Origin: Takakia lepidozioides
Lineage: Eukaryota; Plantae; Bryophyta
Length of the DNA stretch: 64,000 nt
Assembly: GCA_030704615.1 (NCBI GenBank)
Contig: CM060731.1
Location: forward strand, 62,806,001-62,870,000
Direction of reading: 5' to 3'
Both the position numbers and the translations under genes were made by a program. This document shows, piece by piece, positions 36,235-50,148 of the stretch; the first letter of the stretch is position 1, and each line of letters opens with the position of its first letter. The notes under the pieces were generated by a model. The model had not been told where the DNA came from, did no database searches, and saw nothing but the letters and a program-made list of their open reading frames with translations.

Positions 36235-37937
36235 TTATTTTTCTGGGTTGTATTTGTACATGGCCTTCAACTGGCCCCGCGCGGTAGACTTCATCCAGAG
36301 CACATCTCCACTCTCAGGATATTCCTGCACATCAACACCCAATGTAGCCGTAGTGATCAACAACTCGTCGAGATCCTCACCATACCAAATGGGCTGAGTG
36401 GGCCGTTTCACAGGAAGGTCGATGACATGCACCACCTTTGCTTCAGGCGAGATCTGGACGAGCTTGTGTCCATCGAAGAAACACACCCAAAGAAATCCTT
36501 GGGAGTCTATGGTGGCTCCATCTGGTACCCCCGGAAAAAGATCGGCTGTGTCTAGAAAAAGCCGCTGATTTGTTGGAGTCCCCGACTCCTCTTCATAGTC
36601 CCAAACATAGATCTTCTTCAACGAGCTGTCCCCGCAATACCTAGTGGATTCAAAGGAAAACAATTCAGAACCGTTGCTAATCAGTATGACAAAACATCTG
36701 TCATCTGTACTTTGAGAAGTGAGCAGAGTGTACCAGGATGAGGCCTACAAATTTTGAGCGGCTGCTCAAGTCTCAGAAATTTAAACAGAAGGAAATGTGT
36801 GACCCACAAAGAGCAGTTCGAGAGAGAGGAAAATTTTCAGGATCCAGCATTACTGTTTAAAGAAGCTGCTTTCATAATTGATTTGGTGGTAACTCTGTGT
36901 AACGGTGAACGAGGTGACTTTTGAGCTTAAAAGGCTTTACGTGGCAACCCTCACTGAGAACCACACTGAGCAGTAAGGATGAAATTCGGTAAACTATAAG
37001 CATCAACTCCGCAAAGCGTCACTACAGCTAGATAAAGATGTTTGATCGTGATCTTTTTGGTTGTTAAATGAAATGAAATGAAATGGAGCTTTATAACGTC
37101 CGCGGAAAGCTCATAGAGCTTATGGGACAAAATGGAAGAAAACATGAGAGAGGAAACAAAAAGAAAGAAAGAAAGAAAGGAACTTACAGATTTTAGTTAT
37201 AGAAATTTTCAGAGAAAGAAAGCGAAACGTTGTAAGGTCTGAGGGTGGGGGGCGGAGAAAGAAGGAGCGAGACATTTTATGACACGAGCTTGTTGCGAGA
37301 GACTTCAAACCGACTGACAAGAAACAAAGAAAGGCTTGACGAGTAATAACTGTGTAAAGCAAGAGGAGGATGGTTGATGAGGGGGAGGCATGAGCTTTTG
37401 GAAGAGAAACATCATAACTTCAACGAGAGATTTGATGAGGAGTTACATGAGCTTGTTGTCAGGGCTCCACAGGAGTCCATTGGTGCAGCAGATATTTTGA
37501 ATGATCGACGTTGCAGTCTTCCCATCGGTCTCCAGACGATAAATTTCCCCAGGTTTTGTCTCATCCGTCTTGAACAATCTTCCCGCCCAGAAGCGACCTT
37601 GAGAGTCACAAGCACCGTCGTTCATGCGCCACCCGCTGTTCAACCCGTAGGGCGTCGCGAGCATTCTCAGCTGCATCTCTTTGAAGCTCCACAATCCAAA
37701 TCCGTCCTCAACAGCCATGACCAGACCTTCACCGCCTTTACATAGCGCCATTGCCCCTACCTGAGTACCTACATAGTAGTCTTTCCGGCTCTGGGTCGGA
37801 ACATGAAGCTCATGCAAGGATTTTCCGGCTATGTCCACCCAGTAGTAAGTCTTTGTGTCTGGATCCCATATCCCTCCTTTCCCCACTTCCGCTCCCGCTT
37901 TGTAGAATGTGTCTATCTTTGGAGAACCCATTGCCAT
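36235..37937 (-). CDS. SMP-30/gluconolactonase/regucalcin-family six-bladed beta-propeller. Exons 37937-37447 and 36640-36235; 298 aa
   Basis: Motifs YWVDI, RMNDGACDSQGRFWAG, TNGLLWSPDNKLMY, PDGATIDSQGFLWV, LPVKRPT and LLITTA. Phase-2 GT-AG intron (AT|G). Confidence 0.92.
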
Positions 37938-40849
37938 CGATTCTCGCGTTCTCGCGAGTGTTACAATGTTGCTGCCGTTCTTCCACACAAGAATACAAAT
38001 CTCAAGTACCAATCCCACCAAGGACCGTCCTGGCACTAACTCTCTAGTCTGATAGCCCCTTCACAATCCTCTTCTCTCCACCCAAGATTGTGGCCAACTG
38101 TTTCCTAATCCAGTTAAAAGTGAACCTGCTGAACAATGCCACAAGTTTTGTTGAGCGAATCAGGCACGACCGCATCATCATGCCTTTGCTACCTCTACAT
38201 GCAAGTTCTCCACATTCCCTAACTTACGAATTTTCCTCTTCTATGTAGGGATTGTCTTGCAACAAATCAGGCCCGACGCCTGGGACCCAAACCCTCTTCG
38301 ATTCCTTCTTTGAGGAAGGAAAACTGAGACATGAATTTCAATATCAAATAAACACATATAAAGATAGGTCGCGGATCCCCTGGACATCCTATCAAAATTC
38401 TTCACACAGACTGGATCAACATCACCCAGACAACAATCCATACCCATTGCGTGAGTAAAGTAGTATTACAGTAGTGCGTTTCGTAGACAGTCTGAACTGC
38501 CCGAATCATCAAAAGAATGGCAAATGGAAGTTCAGTGCCCTAAAGTTCTTCCCTCGGGTCACTTGCTACAACAAGCGTCATATTGACAGAAAGTACTGTT
38601 ACAGTAAACGGAAAAATGCATTCTGGGACCACGGAAGAACTCACCCGTCTCGATTGATTGTTTAAAGCCAGAGACGAAGGGTTATAATGACCAGCCTTCA
38701 AGGAAGAAAGGATTGCATGCATAGATCCATGTCATCCAGTTCCCAACACTAAACAAGCCGCAGCAAATTCCTTGCTCCTACTATGCTCACAACAAAGTGG
38801 GGAGTTCAGATTCCCAGGATTGGACTTCTCTCAACAACCTTCAGATATAAAGAGAACTAGAATCTGTTGAAAAACATACCTGCAGATCAATATTGTAGGG
38901 CACAAAACGAACAAATCGCTGAACTTCTTACGAGCCGGGAAACGAACAAGTACAGAGACGAAGCTTCTGACGACGATGGGAGAGAAAACGATCTCCACGA
39001 GAGCTGCTGCTCAATTTACCGCTGTTATAGGAAGATGAAGCACAGAATACTCTAATAATATACTAGAAAATATTCTTGAGATATCCTTATTCATTCATTG
39101 AAGTAATGCAGAGTTCTGAACACTTAACAGAAGATAGCGTTATCCCACATGATGTCCTAGAATATTCGTCTGTCCCAATCCGTCAGTTATTTTAATTGTA
39201 GCCCTTATCCAGTGACCTGCCTAATAAATAGACATTCTCCACATATATTTATGCGCTCAATTTTGGTTATTTTTTCCTTGCCTCTTCTTGCAATGAATTT
39301 GAGCCTCTCTGAGTGTCCCATTGACTATATAAGAACATTTTATTTTTTATTTTTATTTTTGGAAGGGGACTGAGGCCCTGCTCGAACTTTATTTATAATT
39401 ATTGGAGGGAAGAACACATACAAAATGTTCAAAATATTAAAAATCCAGATGCAAAAAGTTATCTAAGAAAACTAACAGAAATAAAAAAAGAAGAAGACTC
39501 ATTTTCCGCATGATGCGTGGTCGGGTTGTTGTTGTCGGCGGTGGGTGGAAACAATGACGGTGATAGTGAAGGATAGTGAAGGAGGCAGGAAAGTTGGGAC
39601 CAATGTTGGGCGGGTATCACATTTTTTAATACCAGCCGGGTCCTGGTATTGAGAAAAATATATTTTTCAATACCAGCCAGTTCCATAGTATGTGAATATT
39701 CACTTAATGCTAATATTCAATAGTAGTATGGTTTTTTATTTGTGGACGGGTATCAATAGGACAGGTATTCCAATCGTAATACCAGCCGGTTATAAACCCG
39801 GATATAAATAATTAAAAAATAATAATCACCAAATCATTAATTTAGAAGCATACTTGATTTCACAAAGTAAAAAGTAAAATTCAGACTTTGCATTACATGA
39901 TAATATTGCGGATTTTTGTACGCAAAGTGAAACGAGCTTTGTTAAAAGAAAACTGATTGCACGCCTCATTGTCAAACATACCAGCATCTACAATGAGGTC
40001 CTCCTCTTCATCAATCGTATTGTCTTTCAAGAAAAAGAAATCCTTGATCCCTTGCTCAACCACCTTGCAATCCGTCCCCACGTCATCCGGCCCATTATTT
40101 AAAATTAGCATTAATTTGTGGAAGTTGTCAACGCCAAGTTGACATTGCCTTACCAACATGTGCTAAGAAATGAGAAATAGTGACCGGCGCTTGGGGCTGG
40201 ATATGGCCTGACCCTAGCCCAACTTCATATCTATACCATGTGTATAGTCCTTGTTTTTGCCCATAGCACGGGTATTGCACCGGGTTTTTCCTTTGTCAAT
40301 ACCAGCCTATGTAGTGTATGGCGCACATTAGAAAAGGCCCGGGAGTTTAATGCGACCCCTTCGGTCTTGCTTGCGTGGCACCCCCCCGCCACCCTAGCCG
40401 CACCCCCTTCGCCGGCTCCTGCGCGGCTCGCGGTCGCTGCGCCCCCTCGCCTCTGGGCCACCCCACCCCTCACACCCCCCCCCCCGCGCCCCCCATCCCC
40501 CTCCCCGCCCCCGCCACCCCGCCCCGCCCGCCGTCACCACACCACATGAACTCTATGGCACATGACACCTGTCACCACAACCCAACATCGCGCGGGGGAC
40601 ACATCATGAGTCAAGAACATGGATCCATACATGGCAGATGACATATACATGATGGTCACGAAAGTAACATGATGACCATCACGAAAGTCACATGATGACC
40701 ATAGGCGTGAAGCCCTCACATATGCATGTATACACAAGGTTGTACATGTTCAAATTTGAAATTTAGTATTATTTTATGGATTGGGTCTACTTCTAGGATT
40801 TAGGATGGATGTATGTAGGTACGGATGGATGAGACCAGGAAGTATGTGT

Positions 40850-43778
40850 AATGAGAGGCAACCTCCAATCGTCACCTTCCTTTCATGGTCCTCTCAAACT
40901 ATTCTGACCACAAAAGCACAACGTGCAGCCAGTACCAGCCGTGCCTCAGGTCCCTGAATTGCGCCACGATATGTCTGTTGCCGAGAATGAAGAAAACATT
41001 GCATCCCATCTTGTTTTGCTTTGAAACCAAGTTCAAATGCCCAGTGTAGGTGCTTTTAACCATCATGTACTACAGTGACGTTTCCAATGGCATGGCAAGC
41101 CTCCTGGCCAAAACTCTGCCGAAGTCGACATTCCCTATAATCGAGTTGCTGATTTCATTACAGGGGAGTCTTCCCGTTCAGATGGCCCATGCACTTTCAG
41201 CAGGCATCAGCAAAGATGCCATCCAGAGGGGTCTCTCTTAGCTCCTCGCAGCAACAGTGGCAGAACTACAACAAGGTACATTGGGCTGCAGGTCATGTGT
41301 TGCAAGGGCTACTGAATGATTTCCACGAATGTCCGAGTGCCTGAATCCCCTTGGTGTCATAGTAACGGATTGTTTTTTTGTTATTGTAGGTATCACTTCT
41401 CATATGGTCCACAGGACAGAACTAGTTCCCTCTTGGAGGTTACCCCTGCAATGGCACACAAGAAACGTCGAGTGAAGCCTACAAAGAAGAAGGGGAGGAA
41501 GCCAAGAGCCACGGCCGCTTCCACTGAAGCAAAGCCAAAACAAATGAGGACCACACAAACAAAATCGGGGGAAGGCATCAAGAGGGGATGCATGTGCAGG
41601 TTTGTAGTGAAACAATGCTATGTGGACCCTGATATTGCAGAGCTGGTCTATTATGAAAAGAGACATGTGAATGGGGCTGGACAGGTCTGCCATGGACCTG
41701 TGCATCAAGTAGGTTGCGTTTCATTAGCTCCCCACCTGAGCGATGAGATGAAATCATGGGTGTTACACAACCTCCGTCTCGGACTAAGCATCAAGAAGAT
41801 AATGGCCAAGCACACGCAGAGGGTGAGGGAAATCATGGATGGGGGGTTCGAGGTTACTCGTGACACCTTCCTTCTTTCAAATGACATCCGATATATGGCC
41901 AACAAGTGCGATGAAGAAACATTCAAAAAGCACTCCAATGATGCACAAAGTGTCTGAATGTGGGTGCATGAAAACCCAAGAAGCGTTTTCTACTACCAGG
42001 AAGAGTCTAATCACCCTGCTTGGACGTAGAATGACAGAAAACTCGACCTTCCATTTGTGCTTGGCATACAAACTGATTGGCAGAGAAAACAGATGCTCAA
42101 AACACGGCCATCGTCGCATAGTTGCTTGTGATGCAACCTTTGGAACGAATGAAAAGAAGGTTCGTCAGATTGTTAACCCGAATTTCTTGAAAGCATGACA
42201 AATTACGTTCTTCGTGTGAAGTACTCTGTTTTGCAACCATTTCCTTTCAAGTCACTTCAGTTACACATGATTGTTGTTGTAGTACCCGTTATATACCATG
42301 ATGGTATTCGATGACTAGCTGAATGGTATTCCAGTGGCTTACATTATCACTACAAAGTGCAAAACCATCGATCTGACGCCTTGGATGGAGGCACTAAACA
42401 AACAAATGACAAGTCGGCAAGTAGACTGGCGTCCCAATGCATTTATTGTGGATGACGCTGATGTTGAAATTGCTGCCTGCATTAGGTACGTCCATGAACT
42501 CAGGCAATATGCCTACCATGATGTCTTGGTTACACATGAATTTCAGTTTACCTACCTGATAAAAGAACAGATCTGTTCGGGGGGATTGTGCTGTTTTCTT
42601 GTGCTTGTGGCATGTTCGCCAAGCCTGGCAGAAGAATGCAGTTGCAAAGGTGAAAGACCCAGTATTGCGAGCGGCTATCTTACAAGACCTGGCACAGATC
42701 ATGTACAATAGAAAGGAGACCTCTGGGGATGTAGGTGAAGGATGGGCCGTATTCAAAATTCTGGATCTGCGGGAGAAGTACCCTTTTGAGACATAATTCT
42801 GCACCTACATGGAGACGAGAGTGGCTTCCAAAAGCCAAAATGTGGATGAAAGGATCCCGCAATATACCTCATGCCTCTCAAGACACTAATGTTGCCATAG
42901 AAGCATACCACGGGAACCTAAAAGCGCAATTGAAGAGCACCAAAAGCGTCCTCGGTAGTAGGTGGGTGGATTGGCTCATCTCTGAAGTGACAGGTGATGT
43001 GCTAACCCATTACTGGTACATGTCACATGCAAAGGCATATGGGTTCATCCGAAGCAAGCGGCAGGAGGGATTTGTTTGCACTTCAATCTTGCTTGCCAAG
43101 GACATTCCAGATGCCAATGTGCATCTGCCTCATACACCCGGAGGCATTGCAACAGTTGAATGACACCGCCATTTGGCTATGACATATACTATCCACAATC
43201 CGGATTCTAAATGGGCATGTTGTGATTGTCATTGGGCCTAGAAAGGAAATATGTGCGCACACCAGGTGAAGGTTCTGAAGATGCTGCACCCCCAAGTGGA
43301 GGATGGGCTGATTGCAAAGTTCTGCGGTTCCCTCATGGGCACATGTAAAGGTGGCCTGAACAACTTGATGACTGGTCATGACTCCCCTTCTTCCATCCCA
43401 TCCTCTTTACAAACTGGTCTGACCTCCCCTTCAATGGCTCAGAGAACATCCGCTGGTCGAAGTCCACTGCCCAACCTACCTGCCCTTATCTCCACAGAAT
43501 GGCAAACTATTCTTGAACTGACGGATGACAACAGATTTCTCCAGCAACACCTTCTTGCCTTGGTGAGAGCTACAAAAGGAAAGATTTTGGACCTCACTGC
43601 CATGATGGAGGAGGGTCTTCAGTACCCTGCTGGGGAGCCATTTATGACTGTTGTTGATGATGGGAATGGAAAGTCACTTGCGCGCTACAAAGACTTTTTG
43701 GAGAGGCATGGCTACTCGGGAAATTACCCACCCGTGCCCCAAGATTCTAGGACCAGGAAGAGGTTGTACACCGGCTGA
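40850..43778 (+). pseudogene. Intron-containing MULE DDE transposase with a SWIM finger, inactivated by stops and frameshifts
   Basis: IPYNRVADFITGES, YHFSYGPQD, KRGCMCRFVVK, DATFGTN (42130), FIVDDAD (42451), CLWHVRQAW (42602), TNVAIEAYH (42900) and SWIM CDC..GNMCAH (43221-43262). Stops include TGA at 41955 and TAG at 42316. Confidence 0.9.
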
Positions 43779-45989
43779 AGGACTTCAGGTAAGCCAGCAT
43801 ATGGAGGTCTCATGGATCATGTCTTTCTCCTAGTTCTAAATTTCAGGTCTGTCATTTCCATGGGGTGTATGCTGAATTAATGGGAAATGAGGCTGGTCTA
43901 TGTAGGGATAATCTGAAGCAGCCCTTCCGACTGAACACGTCTTTTCAAATTTGTGTGTGCATGGAAATGGGATGGTGAACTATGAGGGGGTGGTGAAGTA
44001 CTTTGGATCTTAAATATTGTGGCTAATACATGTGATCTGCAAGAGACGGTGAGGAAGACCAATGCATCTTTTCACCTGCCAACGAGGACTTGTATGTTGC
44101 TTTTCATTGAGGTTTAGGGTTCACGACACACTCTGAACCGCCTCAGCGGATTTGAAACCGAGCTCTGTGTATTGTTGCCTCGAAGAGGCGACTTTCTAGT
44201 ATTGGAGACCATCATAACAATAGCATCAGATACAGGGCTCATTCTCTTTCGGTTTGTAGCCTCATAAAACTCTTACATGTGAGTTGGGATGTAGTTCAAC
44301 TTGCTGGGAGTTTGGATCTTTGGTTTGGGTCACTGTAGTTCAGTAGGTATTTCGAATCGGGAGACCTTCTTCAAATGCATGGGCTCGAACTCAGTTTCTC
44401 CATCATGAGGCAAGCATTTGCAAATGAAGATGGCATTCCAAATTTACACATTTACATGCATTTTTGTAGTTGAATACCTACTTTGAGTTGTTGGCCATGT
44501 ACAACTGTTTCATTTGAAGTTGGTATTGTTTCCTTAGCAAAGGACTAGCATTTAGGGTTCAAAGACATTTTCCAATGCTCTTTGGCGTCCAATACATAAG
44601 GTATTGAAGAACGATCACCCATACTTGTCTTCCACATGAAAGGGAGCATGCACAAACGACACGAATACAATGCCCATGGAATGTTGTTATTTATATGATT
44701 GCAGAGCATAGGTGCAAGGACAAAGCTGCCAGTCATGTTACAGGGAACAACGTAGACACAAATTCGTTCGGACCCCAAAATGTCAAGACTAAGCTTTCTG
44801 TCCATCATAAAATGCAGCTATGTTGCCCCCACTCCAGTGGGTTCAGATAGCAATAAATATAATGCCCCTCCAACCACGTTTGTGAACAAAACATCCCACC
44901 GAGAATCTGACTGTGGCAATGCTAATTCAAAACGACGCATCCCTCAAAAGCACCCGCCACTTTTTCCCGCCCTACTGTCATGTGGGTAGAGGCTGCCAAT
45001 CAGAGACATTGCCTCCACTTCATGCATGTGGACCAATGCGCATCTCCGCGGATGGTGGAATCAGTATCTCTTTGCTCTTCAAGATGCATGTGCCCATCCG
45101 AAATCGTGCAGCACATGACTTACCCCCTCCAAAAGTCATGTTCTCCAGCCTCACCGAACACATACTCTCCCCACACGACACTGCCATTCAGCACTCCCAA
45201 ACTCGTTGAATTTCCTCAGATCCCCTATTGCCTCGTCGCACTCTCCCTCATCCATTTGCCTGGCCTTGCTGCCTCTTTCACTTCCGCCTCTCGCACTTAG
45301 CAATGTCAGACGCTCAAGAAGGAGTAGGCAGCTCCTGGCTGCAAGAGGAAGCTTTTGTTGATGTCGACACTCACAAGGAGTTGGTAGGAGATATTACTGG
45401 CATCGTGGGGACTCGCAACTCTGGATTGGAAGCGTTGGTGGATTGGTCAAAACCCACAGTAGGGGATATCATTCTTACAACACATGTATCTGCATGTAGA
45501 GTGGGCTGGTCTGGCTTTTACAATGACACCAACAGTGCAGCTGCAAAACAGCCAAACACCGTTGTACTCGATCAGGTCAAGATTCTTGTGTGCTCCTAAT
45601 GAAGAGTGGGGGCCACATGCTTTGGGCCTGGACCCTTCGAAGGAGAATGAGTGTTTTCATATTCTTACCTTGTTTCAATGGGTGGATGAAGGCTGGGACT
45701 GCATTAAACCGCTGGATGAACTTCCTTCCCCCATCATGCGCAAGCTTCAGAAGGGTTGCAGACCTGAAAGACCTTGGACCAGGGCTGGTGACATTTGCCT
45801 AACTATTGAGGATGGAATGATGCATGTCATGTTTGCTTCCTTCATGCATTTGCGGAAGAACTCATCCTCGGTGTTTTTGCGTGTTTTGCCGCATTGGGGG
45901 AGCAAACACTTCCACCACTCAGTCTTTTTCTTTCGGTGGGATATGCGAGTGTGTGTTTGGAAAGAGAGAATGATTAGGCAAGAGGTTCA

Positions 45990-47640
45990 AGCAGATTCAT
46001 GCATGTGTGAAGGACTTTCTAGAGGAATGAAGGAAAGCCTGAACAATGTCGAACATAGTCTCTCCCTGCAGCTCTGTCACCAACTTTCAAGAGGTTTAAG
46101 AAACTGCGATCCAGGCTAAGTCTAAAACCCTGGCCATGTGGGGGTCTGATTGCTGGGCAGGTCACCCTCAGCAGGTTGATGCGTGTGTGAAGGACTTTCT
46201 ACAGGAATGAAGCAAAGTTCTCCTCAACCATTTTTTGTATACCAACATAAGTCCCACTACTGGACTGAACCCCTCACGAAGGTAGGTCTATCGCCTCTTC
46301 TTCTGCCCAAGAATGGATGCGGGGTCTATGGCCACAACGCTGTGGCAAAGAACGTGTCATGAGTACTCAAGACCATGTCGAACATAGCTGCTCCCTGCAC
46401 CTCTGTTCACCAACTTTCAAGAGGTTTAAGAAACTGCGATCCTTCCTGAGTCTAAAACCCTGGCCATGTGCGGGTATGATTACTGGGCAGGTCACCCTCA
46501 GCAGGTTGATGCATGTGTAAAGGACTTTCTAGAGGAACGAAGCAAAGGTTCAACAATCTCCTGAACCAATTTTGTATACCAACATAAGTCCCACTACTGG
46601 ACTGAACCCCGCACGAAGGTAGGTCTATCGCCTCTTCTTCTGCCCTTCGAATGGATGCGAGAATGGATGGAGCAGCCCAAATTTCCAAGAGGGGGGGTGG
46701 AAAATGATGTGGTGTTTGTGTGGGTGTGAAGCAGTGGGAGCTGTGGGGGCAGCGATATAGCATTGGGAGGGGATCATGGGCTTGCCCCAGGCAAGAGGGC
46801 CATGCAACCAATTTAGCTACCACATGACCACTGGTTGAAACAGGTAGTTAGTAGAAAGAGAGAGTGAGAAGGAGAGTATAGATACATGAGCTAGAGGTGT
46901 TGTGGAACCTGGGTGGGTGGTTGAATGTGTGGGCAGCAGCATCCAAGGATGCTGTAAGCTACAGGGAGAGGGGCTGTAGTACCAGTAGTTAGTGGCGTAG
47001 AAGCTAGGGAACAGGGAGGGCAGACTGCAGATTGAAGATGAGCAAGAGGGTCCTCTATATGAGAGGGTAGTATGGGTTTATGGGTGTCAAAGAAGACCTC
47101 AATGTACTGGGTAACATAGCAGCTCTGAGGCATGCATGTAGTACAGACAGTAGGGTGTGTTAAGCTGGTGTAAGGCAAGAGGTAGGGAGTGTGGAGGGGG
47201 GGAATTACCATGAATTTGGTATGTGTGTTGATGCAGGTGCTAATATAGGGTAGATCTGGTGGTGTTAACAGTGGTGGGACAACATACAGTCTCACATCAT
47301 CTAGCGTAGTCTGGGCGGTCCGTTGAAAGGGGGCTGGGCAAAACTTGGTCAGCTGCAGGTCTCCCCCAGTAGGTTGATGCATGTATGAAGGACTTTCTAG
47401 AGGAATGAGAAAGCTGCAACAATCTCCTGAACCAATTTTGTTTACCAACATAAGTCCCACAACTGGACTAAACCCCGCACGAAGGTAGGTCTATCGCCTC
47501 TTCTTTTGCCCAAGAATGGATGCGGAGGCCGAGCCTTAAGCCCTGGCCATGTTGGGGTCTCATTGTTGGGTGGGTCACACTCAGCAGATTCATGCATGTG
47601 TAAAGGACTTTCTAGAGGAATGAAGGAAAGCCTGAACCAA
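45990..47640. repeat. Internal modular direct repeats of the MULE (a ~330-bp unit plus partial copies)
   Basis: aaggactttct at 46010, 46190, 46520, 47388 and 47603. cacgaaggtaggtctatcgcctcttctt occurs three times. Confidence 0.85.
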
Positions 47641-50148
47641 GAGTCTTCAACTCATACCAACTCTGAGAGAAGTAATTGTTACGACATGCATGTACTATAT
47701 GTCTGAAGCCGACTTTCATGTACAAACCCCGAAATAGGGAGGCACAAAACGAGAGTCTGGTGCAATGAATTCTGCCAGTACCAGGTCGTCAATGAAAATA
47801 GGACAGTCTTACAATCACTAACCATTCAGTCCTGCATAGCTGCGGACCTCATCCTCCAAAAACCCCTTAGAGGGGTCTACAACTATTATGCCATTCTTAC
47901 TTTCTGGGATGAGTTCCAGAAACTCTTGTACCCATCCCTCTCCCATATCTACATGGTACCCCCAATCCACAACACCCTCTCCTTCATAGCGGCTGCTTGT
48001 GTGGTGCCAGGTCTTCAACACAAGCCTGTCCACGAAACCTAACAGCACATGGCACAAACCCACAGCTCCTTGCTCATCTTCATCCATTGTGTAGAAACAC
48101 TTCAGATCGCCCATGTGGACTGTCATTGTCCTGACTCCTCCCTGGATTTTGTAAACCCACACTTTGTCCTGCCCCCTCTTCCGTTTGCAACTTTTCAAGA
48201 AGGCGCAAGATGACCTCATGGGGAAAATGGGCTGGCAATTCTTCAAATCCTGCATAAATCTTGCAGAGCCTGAAAGCTACACCCGCCCCAAATCCCATTG
48301 CAACCCTCAACTTGATAGAGTAGTCTCCTCGGAATATGTAAATATTATAGTGTGTGGAGAAGATGACTCCAAAGAGCTATGACTTTCTTAGAAGAACACC
48401 AGGAAAACAATGTATACAGGAGACGACTTGGGTAACCCTAAGATAACAACAGAACTTCCTGACACTCCCTCTCAAAAGAGATGATGTGAAGAAAAACAAC
48501 GATGAATCACATGAAACACAGAATGACCCTGTGCTTATATTCTATTTTTCAACCTGCTCTTCCACAAGGTCTCGGTGGGACAAACGTGAACTCCCCACCT
48601 GCAGAAAAAACACATATGTATATCCCATCGAGGGTTGCACTGTGTAACGGCTGCACCGTTACACATGGCATTTACATCCGTTTGTCATCCACCCGTTCTG
48701 TGTAGTCATCCCCCTGTCGGATTTATCAACTTCACTTCTTCTCCTCTTATTCAATTGAGGTTAAGTAAAGTCTTTGTCCCTAGAGAATGAACCTAGCTTT
48801 ATAAAATGTTGTTATGTACACATACACAATGAATACATCGTTCCTCTTGTGCTCAACATTCTAGAAGCGCTAATGTGAATGCTCGTCACAGTTCGAAGAA
48901 AACAACCAACTTGAAGATGCACGCAGCTTGTCTTGCTCTTGTGCAATTCATGTGTAACAACATGTCAGATTTGCAGCATGACGCTACCATTCCATCAGTA
49001 ACCCATACGGAATGAATTTGCAACATTGTACATGGCCCAATATGAATGCAAGTGGCAGTATGAACAGGAACCCTAAAATACCAGATGCATTGAGGTTTTG
49101 TGAGCATAACCTGTTGTAATGTTACTCAATTCACATTTGTAGTCTCTTATTTTGCATGTGAGAGGGAGTGGCGAAGACTTCGACAATCTTAGTCTGCATG
49201 GGGTTGGGTTGGCTTGTGTGTCACGGAATAGAATGTCCATGCCAGGTTACAATTTACATATTTTACCAGCAACAGGACCTGGTGCAAAATTGAAGCATAA
49301 CAAATCACCATTGAGAACATAACTGTGAGAACCATGGTTCAGAAAAATGGTACAGACCGTGGATATAATCGTGTGACACTGTGACCACATGTCTGGAGGC
49401 ATAAGTCCTGAATTTTGTGAAAGAAAGACTCCAATGAAGGTACATACGGGAACAACTGTTTTCTCGAATACCCCATTTGGATCGCCGATGTGCATCCCAT
49501 GGAACGATGAAGTCTGTAACGTCTGCACGGTTACACATGAAGTTTCATCCATTCTTCTATCAGTTGTCTTTTCATCTGCCAACCATCATCCGACACTATC
49601 ATCCTCAACCCTCATGTTATGCCACTGTTCATCCCATCGATGGATGAAATATGTGTGCATGCACGGTTACACATGATTGTCCATCCATTCTTTTCTCAGT
49701 TGTCTTTTCATCCGCATATCATCATTCGTTTGTCTCCTCCTCAAACCTCATGTTGTTTTGGCGCGTAAGAGGAAGGTGTGCTTGACTGTACCTGTGGAGG
49801 CTGTTTCAGTTGGACAGTATTATGGCTAATGGCATTGGTATGTCCACAGAACCGTCGCAGATCATTGTGTACTCTGCTCAGTTGCAAGTTCATCTTCTTA
49901 CGGTCCCTGTTGTGATGATGCAGTGTCTGTTTACACGAGTATTGTGGAGAAAATGTGTCATATGGAGCTTGGTTGCTTGGCCTTCATGTGGAGCGGCAAT
50001 CGACGAGGTTGATCTTTGTTGCGAAACGGAATCCAGTTGTTGCCGCCGGTGAGAATCGGAATTGAATGCATTTCATGAACTGAATGTCTGTGATGTTTGA
50101 GAAAGTGAGGTTGCATTTTCCTCCTCTTCTTTTCTTAAGGCTGCATAG

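Noticed and set aside
40231-40641. Pro/Gly-rich ORFs in the ORF track (also 59910-60235)
   Set aside because: They are by-products of the G/C-rich TIR sequence.
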